Shown here in pieces: positions 11,790-22,131 of a DNA stretch of 64,000 nucleotides; the stretch's first letter is position 1; each line of letters begins with the position of its first letter. The notes beneath the pieces are model-generated. The model saw only the letters and a list, made by a program, of their open reading frames with translations, was not told where the DNA came from and ran no database searches. Made by a program: the position numbers and the translations under genes. This stretch comes from Schizochytrium sp. TIO01 (taxonomy: Eukaryota > Protista > Bigyra: Labyrinthulomycetes). The stretch covers positions 3,348,001 to 3,412,000 of the forward strand of contig SMSO01000025.1 of the NCBI GenBank assembly GCA_004764695.1. The letters are read 5' to 3'.

Positions 11790-13449
11790 TTTGAAGAATG
11801 AATTGATAAATGGACGCCTTGGACTATATGAAGTCTACAAGATGAAACGAGATCTCAAAGGGTATTCAGAATTGAAAAGCCGCTGGTGAGAAGAAACCAA
11901 AGGCCTGACTAAAACAAGAGCTTAATGAATGAGTGTATCCCTTGCAAATGGTTCGCAATAGGACCTTGCAAGTTTGGGGGTTTTGGGATAGCGTTTGGTG
12001 CAGAAGATTAAACGAGAACGCTTCGTGATTCTCAAAGTCGTTAGCGTTTCAAGTCTACGCCGTCGAGGGAACTCAAGAAGAACGATACAGTGATCCTGGT
12101 CGATGGCGCCCACGTTCTGTGAATGCGCCGTCCGGTAGCAACCGAGAAAGAGAAAGGGTTTGTTTGCTTGTTTAATGCTTAAAAGGTCGGTTTCTGTTTC
12201 TTTTGGTTGGGCTGTCTTTTATTAAAAACCCCAACCGTTGCATCCTCAGTATGTTAACATTAGTGTTGCCAATGTGTGGGAATGATCGGAGGTCGATCAG
12301 ATTCGGCTGTGACTTGAGAAGGATAAACGGTGGCCAGGTAAGCAGACCTTGCTCTGACATTTGTGGCATGAGGCTCGTCGAGTGGACAGCGCTAGTGAAC
12401 TCTTTGCTGAGCATACTCTCAATTGATGATTGCAATAAGTATGCTTCAATACATTATTGGTTGATGAAAGCGAAAGTATAGTAGGAGCTAGGTAGTTAGT
12501 TCATATCTATCCTATGCTGTTAAATAAGGGGTGCTTTCGTTTCTGACATTACTGGGTCTGGGTATGTCTCAGCAGACTATCTTGTCCTGGATAACTTACA
12601 CGGCTTCAGGTATTTAGTCTTGTGAGTGTCTTCCGGAAGTTGCAGAGTAGTAGATCGAGTAATAATACGCTTGATTTCATGCTGCTTAGATGTTTTTTTA
12701 TTCTCAATTCTTTCTGTCTTTTCCGTCTTGAGAGTTTGGTCTAGTTAAACTCTGGGAATGTTCGGGCTTACTAATCTGTCTTTCTGGTTGATTTTGGTGC
12801 GTGTTATTCATTGCAGGCAAGATGGTGCAATGGTATATTTATTTATCAACAACAAGTTCGTCCATTCAGAAGCATTAAGGTACCCAGCCTATACTCCTAA
12901 TATCAAGTATATGTTGGTATCACCCCTGATAAAGAGCATGGTTTCAAGCTGTAATTAGTTGTAATGTTTGCATTCAAATTTTAGGGTTACTTGCAGGGAA
13001 GTACGCATATATCATGCCGAAGATCGCCAAAGGAATGTGCAACAACTTTTCTGCTTTCAGGGTACACCAATGGCCAAATGATGCTCGATTCATAATAGGT
13101 ATTGCTTCATCACAGGCAGTCCAAAACCTGGAAGCTCATGGCAGTTCTCAGCCTGTAATTTTCACGGTTTTCCAAACTGATGTCCTCCACAGTACTATAT
13201 GGCGCATCTTTGCAACTCCAAGACCTCCTGGTGTCGTATTCGAGTGATTTTTTGGATAGTAATAGAAGCGGGCTATAGGTCTCATCAGATTGCTATGCTG
13301 TATACTTTCGCTAATGATGATGATGGTTTTTCATAAAGAAGAAATGAATTATATTTTAGAGTTGATATTCGTTCTTTCTGTCTCCAACCCACATCTGAGT
13401 TGATAATTTTCTCAATCAGCAAATAGATTAAGGTCTTCAAAATTTTGAC

Positions 13450-13656
13450 TCATTCCGTTTTGCGAGTGGCCAAGCCAAAGTCGATGATTACAGGGCATCG
13501 AATTTCCTTATTGTAAAGAATATCGCGTTTTGGCAGATTTCTATGCAACACACCATGGGAGTGAATACCATCTAGGGCAACCACTGCCTTCTCCAGGAAG
13601 TCATCAGTAATTATTTGAGGGGGGCATGCTTCACCAGAATACTCTTCAAGTTGTCG
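13450..13656 (-). pseudogene. Protein kinase pseudogene fragment (subdomains ~V-VII)
   Basis: Minus frame reads LEEYSGEACPPQIITDDFLEKAVVALDGIHSHGVLHRNLPKRDILYNKEIRCPVIIDFGLATRKTE*. It is flanked by TAA (13657-13659) and TGA (13450-13452) and has no start codon. Confidence 0.65.
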
Positions 13657-16600
13657 TTAAAGATGATACCAGGTCCATCTCTAGAGAGGTGGCGCAAGGT
13701 CTTCGGCGTATTCCATTGTGACTGCAAGGTTTCTCCCCGCCTCTATTTTTTGCACTCGCATCCTCAATATTGTCTGAACGATCTCGTTTAAGTGCCTCTC
13801 GGTCATTTTGTGCTATCTGTGCCTCTTTGCTTTGTAGGAGAGGTCTAAACTTGGTTGCACGGTTCTCGGCAACCCTCTTGTTCTCAGCTCCGATGAAGGA
13901 TCGACATGCCAGGATATTTAAGCAGTGATGCGTGTAAAACTCATCGCAACAACATAATATGACTTGTCATGAGGAATCTGTAGAGTTCCTGTCATCTGAG
14001 AGATTTGGACGCATGTGACTGGTGATTTTATGTTGGTTCGAGTCAATTTTTATTGATCCAGTGGTTCACGAAATCCTCCATCTTCCTTGACTGATTTCTA
14101 TAGTTCTTGCGTGCATTTTGATAAGGATAATACAAGTTGCAGTGTAAATTGCAATTGCATGGACTCCGTTTGGCTTTCCAGACTCTTGGGTCCTATCTTT
14201 CGTAGTGAATGATAGCCTTTGCAAGATCTGCGGCAATATCACTATGTTGGTAGTTCTAGTCATAGAGCTGAGAATGACATCGATGAAAGATAGCGCATAG
14301 GTCCGCTTTTTTAACTGATGTGTAACCTCTCTACATCCCCGGCTGTTCCCAGGAGTTCGTCAACCTCACATTATATTTTGGCTCCAGAGGGGTGGCAGAG
14401 CTGAATGCATGCGTGCATGATTGAATGTTCGAAGGAATGCATGAACTGCTCCCGTACTCGGAGACTGACTAACTTCGAGTTGAGCCCCTGGCAACTTCAA
14501 CTTCAACTTCAAAGAGCGGTTTGCGGGCAGGAAGTTTGTCCCCATTAATTGGGGTGTGCACCTCCAAGCAAGGAGGGGACAGTTTCTCGAGGCCAATTGA
14601 ACGGCCTCTTTCTTCTTCTTCTCCTACAAAACGCAGTAGGTAAGTAGGTAAGTAGGTACCTATCATTTTTGATTTTCTCAAACAATTACAAAACTTTATA
14701 GAGCATCCGTCAGTCATTCAGCTATGTACCTGAGTCAACAGATCAATAAATAGGCATCGTTATTCATAAAACTACAGCTTCTCCTTTTGCGTCTTCAACT
14801 ACAAAACAGCGCCACGGGTGTGCTGTAGTGCCGAACCTCAAGTTACAGACGGTTTCTGCCGCTCAGTGAACGTCGCTCCAATCGATATTCCTCCCAAGTT
14901 GTTGTCCCAACTGGTCGCGATCGAACGACGGAAGACACGATAGCCGCCACAATCATTCCCATCCTAACCGACTGACTGACTGACTGATCGACTGACTATG
15001 CCTAACTTTGGCCCTAATTAGAACCTATCGATCGATTGAGACCGGACTCACCCTCTTACGCCTTTCTTATGCGCTTCAGTTAGAGTAGGCTCTCTTTAAT
15101 TGTGTCCCCTCTTGACTGCCCTGCTCTTCTGAAGTCCTTCATCTTTAAAGCTTTGTTTCCCTCTGTTTTTCTGTTTACTTTTTAATGACTATAAAAAGGA
15201 AAACGAAGAAAAAGAAAAAGAAAAAGAAAAAGAAAAGGAAAGAAAGAGAGGAGTAGGTAGGTAGGTAGGTAGGCTCTTACCTCCTCTAGCTAGAGGTACA
15301 GAAGAGAAGAAGTTTCATCTTGGGGGGTTCTTAGAAGGTTGCATTCTTAGAAGGTTACATTGCAAATCAAGCTTGGCTCGAGGGTCTGGGAAAAGGGGAA
15401 CTCAGAGCCCCCCACGTTGGAGAAGCGCGTACTAGCTTCGCCAAGACTGCACTGCAGCAGGCGCGCAGGTGCTCAGGTGGGTGCTGAGCGATCGTCGTTT
15501 GTTTATTTGCTCATTGGATGCAGCGCGGAAGTTTGCTGTTTCACGATAGGCACCGAAATCTGAAAGCAGCTGATGCTTGCTTCTCAATGATTGATTGCAA
15601 GATTCGGAGGAGGATGTGGCACAGGAACCTGAGCTCTGGACCTGATAAATAAGCTAGCTAGCTCTCTTAGGATCTGAGGTTTGGTTTTCGATGGACACAG
15701 AAAACCAATGCACAGCATGTGATACTTGGAGCAGCTTGTATTGGTCTGAGAAGGACGTAGGTCTAATGAATTTCATGTGAGCAGACACGGTTGGTCTCAA
15801 GTTGCCACAAAACTAACTTGAAATGGCAGACCTAAGCAGTCTCTCTTCTTTAGCTTAGCTTTACAAGGTGGGTGGGTGCCTTGAAACGCCCTTCTGCAAT
15901 CAATCGATCTTATGCAGACGGACTCGAGTGCAGTATTATGTCCACCGGTATCGATCAGCCATTCTGCTCTTTTGCATGGCAATCTCAGGTCCTCCATCTC
16001 CACACAATATGTATGCTCTTCGATGCATTGCTTCATTGATTCATTGATTCATTGCTCCATCTCTTCTCATGGTGTCAGAACTAATTAAAACTGCTCCTTT
16101 CGCTCTGCTTTTGAGATGGCCTATTTTATTACCATTGTTTTTAGAATTTCTTTTATTTATTTATTTAACTTTTAAAATGAGCCTGAGTTTCAATTATTCT
16201 ATTTTATTTTATTTTATTTTATTCCGTGAGATAGGCATGATTTTATGAACATGTTGCTTAGTTCTATGCAATAAAAACACACCTCTTTCAGGTACCTCTT
16301 CAGAAAGTTTTATCAGATCGAGAGAAAGAGGCCAGCTCCTCGCAGTTTCTCAAGTCCTAGCCTTTGCCCTAATTGCGGTTACTGACGCGTGTCTTGTTCC
16401 ATGTTCTGTTTGGTAGTATTTCATCGCTTTTCTTTTCTCGTCTCGCTCTCTCTTCCTTCCCGCTGTTTACCTTTCATGCCAAAGGGGCTGTTTCGACCTG
16501 CTCGACCAACGTCTGTTCACTACTTCTGAGAGACGTGTAAAATACGACACCGAGTTCAATCGTGCGACGTATTATGTTACCAAGGTACGTAGTATTAGAG

Positions 16601-17419
16601 CTTTTATTCTGGCAACGCCTCCCTTTTCTTTCTCTAATTAGTAGTAGAAATCATTACTAAAATAATCATTCTAAACAGGCAAACAATAAACTCCTGCCTC
16701 TTACTGAAGGCCATATGACTGCTACCCCAAATTGTTTTAATTTACTGTTTTATTTATTTTGTAAATAATTTAAAAGAACTAAAGAGCCTTTCGGGAGGAA
16801 GGAAGTTGAAACCTTCGAAAGTTCGACTTGCTGTGCATTTCTTTCTTTCCTTTTTTTAATTTACTGTGTATCAAATTGGGTGCACACGCGGCTCGCTCAC
16901 TCTACACCAGCACAGACGGCCACTTGCGCTCATAGCCACCAGCAAAGTCCAAACTCTCTTAGACACGGCTTGGTCTAACCTTGTTACGTTGCTAGCAGTG
17001 CCAGGGGTGCTTCTGTCGCGGAGTTGTTGGACAAGAGGAGGAGGGCGGCAGGTGCCGAGAGGCGTTGATTGAACCGTCTACGTTGGCGAGGCGAAAGAAC
17101 CTCGAGCTGGTCTCCCTTGAGCAAAAATAAAAAGCAAACCAAAAGGGGCAAAAGCTTGCGAGTAGACTCTCAAGCTTGAACCTCGCTAGTAGAACGCTAA
17201 ATCTTGGATTTCCTGTCAGAATACTTTCTCACTGGAGCTGACGTTGATTGCTGGCTTGAGGATTGCGCTAAGGAAGAAAAGGAATAATTAGCTAGGATCT
17301 TAGAGTCCGTCTTCGTATTGAGCAACATCGACTGATACTGGATATCGTAGAGCGCAGCTCTTAGTAGTCACAATAATAGCATCGAGGCAGAATAAAACCC
17401 TTGGATAGAAGGTCACAAG

Positions 17420-18214
17420 ATGGCTCTAAATGGAACTCAATTTCTTGACGGAAGTGCAGATTTCTTAGGTATCGCTGCACGCTCAGAGCATGTGCAAAGC
17501 GTTTTTGGCAGCCTTGCGCTGTTCTTCGGCATGCAGGCAGCAGGAAAACAAATCCTCCCCGCCGTTGTACCTGCGGAGCGATGGTCCAAGCTCACTGACC
17601 TAGAAAAGACTAAGGTGTCGGGCTGGTGCGTTAGCATTTTTCATGCGCTAACAGCAGCCTTCGCAGCGATTTACATTCTTGGAACTGGGGAAGGTACAGT
17701 ATTGACGGATCGCATGAATGGAGTCTCGCCCCATGCATGTTATCTATTCTGTTACACGATTGCATATTTTATGTGGGATCTCGTCATGGTGTTTCGTGCC
17801 CCCTCCGTCGATTTTGGTTTCCTTGCTCATCACCTTGTCGGGATTTCTACTCTGGTCATCATGCTGCACCCGTTCGTGCAATTTTATGGTCTCTGCTGCA
17901 CTTTGTTTGAACTCTCAACGCCGTTTCTGAGTTTTCGTTCGATCATGCTTGCACTTGGTTACAAGGGAACAACTGCTGTGAAGCGCGCCGAGCTCCTGTT
18001 TGGCGTTTTCTTCTTGCTAAGCCGGATTATCTTTGGTGTACCGATGGCACTCACCGGCATTTACGAAGGAACTATGGCGATGCAGGCTGGTCGCATTGCC
18101 CACTTTAGTCAATTTGTATTTGTCTTTTCCACAAACATCATTATGGTACTTCTCAATGTGTACTGGTTCAAGAAGATCCTGAGTATGCGCAACCCCAAGC
18201 CCAAGGAAGCATAA
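17420..18214 (+). CDS. TLC (TRAM/LAG1/CLN8) domain membrane protein, TLCD4/TMEM56-like
   Basis: 264 aa with multiple TM segments. Motifs VSIFHA, YFMWD, FLAHH, ELSTPFL, FFLLSRI, LNVYWF; Lys-rich C-terminus. Confidence 0.9.
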   Translation: MALNGTQFLDGSADFLGIAARSEHVQSVFGSLALFFGMQAAGKQILPAVVPAERWSKLTDLEKTKVSGWCVSIFHALTAAFAAIYILGTGEGTVLTDRMNGVSPHACYLFCYTIAYFMWDLVMVFRAPSVDFGFLAHHLVGISTLVIMLHPFVQFYGLCCTLFELSTPFLSFRSIMLALGYKGTTAVKRAELLFGVFFLLSRIIFGVPMALTGIYEGTMAMQAGRIAHFSQFVFVFSTNIIMVLLNVYWFKKILSMRNPKPKEA

Positions 18215-19103
18215 ACTCTCTTAACTTTTGTCTCCACACTTTGATGTAACCAATGTATGTTTATTGTTTTCTATTTATCTTATAAATTAGCGGGCCTCCA
18301 TGTTATATAGCGAGAGCTGTATAATTGACACGATCGGTCGGAATCTTGCGGAGGTTCTCCTTAAATTTAAAAATAGATTTCCCTGTCACTTCCATCTTCT
18401 TCTACTCCCTCTTCTATTTCTTCGTCAACTAAGACGTGAATATGTATGCATTAAATTAGATAGCGCGACGATAACAAGACATTTCTTATATTTTGAAAAA
18501 GAAAGAAGCTCTGGCCAAACATGTATTTAGAAAAAGTATGAGTTAGTGTTTTCTGAGCAGAATAACAGAATCAGGAAACATTTATTTTATTCTTCATCGA
18601 ACAAACCAACAAAGCATATCTACGAATTTGAAATATATAGGGTTTGAAAACATCAGGAACGTGGCATAGACTCTCCGTCAATCGTATTGGTGGATAGTAT
18701 GCTAGGAAGAAAACCTTTACAAAGTAAGATTCATGAAAAATACAATGTTTGTGACTTTTTACGGAATGTGCTTAGGCTTAGCCTTCGTAAGCAAGAAGAT
18801 AAGAGCTTAACTAGAACCATCAAAAGACTTGATTGAGCTTCTGTACATGTGTTACGAAAATAGAGCACGTCTGTGACTCGTTAAAAGACAAAATTATGCC
18901 TTCTTTCTTTTTTTTGGGGGGGGGGGGGAGGAGGAGAGCAGGCAGGTTTACAAGGAAGAACATACATATAACAAAGATCAAAAGCAATCTGTTTGATTGT
19001 GGATGGCTATCATAAAACGCAGATGAGAGACATTGAAGGCAAATCACAGAAAAGAGGGTGTTGGGGAATTAGGAGGTTACGTATGTAAAAGGCAAGTGCT
19101 CGC

Positions 19104-20913
19104 TTAGAGCTTGAGCTCCTTGGGCTGCTCCCAGCTGAAGTCAGCGTCGGGGCGGCCGAAGTGACCGTAGCAGGTGGTCTTAGAGTAGATGGGGCGCTTG
19201 AGCTTGAGGTCGCGGATGAGGCAGCCGGGGCGGAGGTCGAAGTTGTTCTCAACGATCTTCTTGAGCTCAGCCTCGGTCATGCCCTCCTTGACGGTGCCGT
19301 AGGTCTCAATGTGGAGGGAGATGGGCTCCGCAACACCGATACCGTAGGAAAGCTGGACGAGGCAGCGACGGCAGAGGCCGGCAGCGACGAGGGACTTGGC
19401 AACCCAGCGGGCAGCGTAGGCAGCAGAGCGGTCGACCTTGGTGGGGTCCTTACCGGAGAAGGCGCCACCACCGTGGGCACCCCAGCCACCGTAGGTGTCG
19501 ACGATGATCTTGCGGCCAGTGAGGCCGGCATCACCGTGGGGGCCACCAATAACGAAGCGGCCAGACGGGTTGAGGACGTACTTGGTCTCAGGGGTGAGGT
19601 ACTTCTCGGGGATGATCTTGGCGATCACCTCGCGCTTGAGGTCCTCAGCGATCTGCTCCTGGGTCACACCCTCGTTGTGCTGGGTGGAGATGAGGACAGT
19701 GTGGACGTACTGGGGCTCAGTGACACCGTTGGTCTCCTTGTAGGCGACGGTGACCTGGACCTTGCCGTCAGGGCGAACCCAGTCGAGGGTGCCGTCCTTG
19801 CGGACATCTGTCAAGCGCTTGCCAATCTTGGTGGCCCAGAGGTGGCTGGCGGGCATGAGCTCCTCGGTCTCGTCACAAGCGTAACCGAACATGATACCCT
19901 GGTCACCGGCACCAATGTCCTCCTCGGCCTTGCCAAGGTGGACACCCTGGGCGATATCGGGGGACTGCTCCTCGAGGCCAACGACGACGTTCATGGAGTC
20001 GTAGCCAATGCCGATGTCAGCGGAGTCGTAGCCAATGCCCTTGACGGCATCGCGGACGACCTGCTCGTAGTTGACGGTGGCCTTGGTGGTGATCTCACCG
20101 AAAACCATCACGAGGTTGGTCTTGGTGGCGGTCTCACAGGCGACCTTGGAGTCGGGGTCCTGGGCGAGGCAGGCATCGAGGACGGCATCACTGTTTATAA
20201 ATTAATTGAGTGTGCATCCATCATTTGCAATTTTCTACATGTTAGTCATCACTGTTTATGTTTTTCTTTAATGCCCTTTTTAAATACCAGGGCATAGACA
20301 ATACACTATAGACTGTTACTAGTGTTTACCACAATGAAGTAGTAGATTCAATCTATGAATGCATGAAGCAGTTTCTTCTTCCTGTCTATGCGTCACCCTG
20401 CATCTAGACCTGTTCCATCCTTAGCTGCTGCCCCTGTTATCAGTGCTATCCTTCGTGGACAAAGAAGCACATCGCGATCTCAATTGATCTCAATGCACCT
20501 CAACCACTCATATTAATACAATAATAATAATGAGTGAATCGATCCATCTAGACCCAACCTAATCAATGAATCTATCGTTCACTCGATCGATCCATCAATC
20601 ATCCGTGTTGTTGCTAGTATCTATCGCGAAGAAGCGTGTGACGAAGAGAAGCAAGAGGGGGAAGCCACGTTGAGGGAGCTGCACAAAGAGAAGAGAAGCT
20701 AGTAGGTACCTGGCTAGCTAAGCAACTAGCCAAGCTAAGGTGGGTGGTGCTCGTGACGCCATCATCGCTGATGGCGCCATGCTGCGCCTGTGATCTATCT
20801 TGCGGATGCCGAGCGGTGCGGTGTGGTCCTACTTACCTGACGACGTCAGCGAGCTTGTCCGGGTGGCCCTCGTTGACCGACTCGGACGTGAAGAGGTACT
20901 CGCGGGTGGCCAT
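19104..20913 (-). CDS. MAT: S-adenosylmethionine synthetase (methionine adenosyltransferase); exons 20913-20837 and 20190-19104, 387 aa
   Basis: Exon 1 reads [25 protein letters not shown], then the donor AG|GTAAGT. The acceptor AAACAG|T restores [21 protein letters not shown]. Signature motifs GAGDQG and GGGAFSGKD are present. Strong C/G-ending codon bias. Confidence 0.97.
20191..20836 (-). other. 646-nt GT-AG spliceosomal intron of the SAM synthetase gene
   Basis: Donor GTAAGT (20836-20831), branch-point-like ACTAAC (20246-20241), acceptor CAG (20193-20191). Splicing restores the conserved reading frame. Confidence 0.9.
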
Positions 20914-21234
20914 CTTGCTGGTTGGGTGTGCTTGCGTAGAAAGTACGAAAGGGGTTTGCTGATGGTTGGCGCCTGATTCTGATGTGCAGCAGCGTCGTCA
21001 AGCCGTGCTCTCTAGTGCCACATACGGGACTCCTACGGCCCAAGCATTCCCGCTAACTACCCACCTCTCTTTAAAACTTCTTTCTTCTCCTTTTCACTCT
21101 TATCAAAGGACTCGAATTAGTAAACCGTAGCAAGAAGAAGAAGGCTTCGGAGAAAGAACAACTGAATAGAGTGAGTGACGAGGAAGATAGAGAAGTGGAA
21201 TGAATTGGTTGATGTGTACGTACTATGTAAACTA

Positions 21235-21325
21235 TAAATAAACAAGTAAATAAACAAGTAAATAAACAAATAAATAAATAAACAAATAAATAAACAAATA
21301 AATAAACTACAAATAATCAAATAAA
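21235..21325. repeat. Imperfect (AAAT/AAAC)n microsatellite
   Basis: Visible taaataaacaagtaaataaacaa... tract upstream of the SAM synthetase gene. Confidence 0.85.
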
Positions 21326-21911
21326 TGCCCAGGGAGCGAGAGGGAGAGAGGGCTGAGCCAGAGGAAGAGGGGGAAGGAAGGGAAGGAGGAAGAAGGCTGG
21401 ATGAGAGGAAAGCATCGGGAAACAAAACAGGCCAAAGACTAAAGAACAATAAATGGCAGGAGTAGTACTTTTCCTCCATGGGTTGATGGAAACATGAGAA
21501 AGAAATAAACGGAGCAATAAAATAGTAGTATTCTTAGATCATAAAATAAAATTATGTAAATAGTTAAATTGAAAAATAAATAAATAAAAAAGGATTTGGG
21601 TCATCATCAATCAGATTAGCCGTCGGTGGAAGGTGACTGATGATAGGTTCGACGAACGAGAGCAAAAGCATTCGTTCTTTCACTCACTCATTCTCTGTGG
21701 CATCAACTGAGAAACCGGAGCTGAAGCCAAAAGCACTCCACTTCTGCCGCTCAGCGAGGAGAATCCATGTGATCGATCGGCACATCGACGCGTGAATTAC
21801 AAATGTACAAATCAACGGAGACCATGCAAAGCTCATGCGATTCTCTAAAACTAAATTAGGCATACCACTGCATGAAGAAAATTGATCTATTCATTCGTTC
21901 ATCCATTGTGC

Positions 21912-22131
21912 GATTCAATGCGATTCAATTCAATTCAATTCAATTCAATGCGATGCGATGCGATGCGATGCAATAATACAATGCAATACAATGCAATGCA
22001 ATGCAATGCAATGCAATGCAATGCAATGCAATGCAAATGCAATGCAAATGCAATACAATGCAATGCAATGCGATTCAATGCAAATGCAATACAATGCAAT
22101 ACAATGATGCAATACAGCGCAATGTAATGCA
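21912..22131. repeat. Compound pentanucleotide satellite (AATGC/GATGC/AATTC/AATAC)n
   Basis: ~220 bp of 5-nt periodic sequence. It generates the spurious CNAMQ/IALHC ORFs in the track. Confidence 0.92.

Noticed and set aside
18835-18845. UACAGAAGC in the SAM synthetase 3' region as a METTL16 site
   Set aside because: Only a partial match to UACAGARAA, single copy, and no supporting hairpin seen; compatible with chance.
19161-20297. 378-aa plus-strand ORF
   Set aside because: Antisense shadow of the strongly codon-biased SAM synthetase exon 2; no independent motifs.
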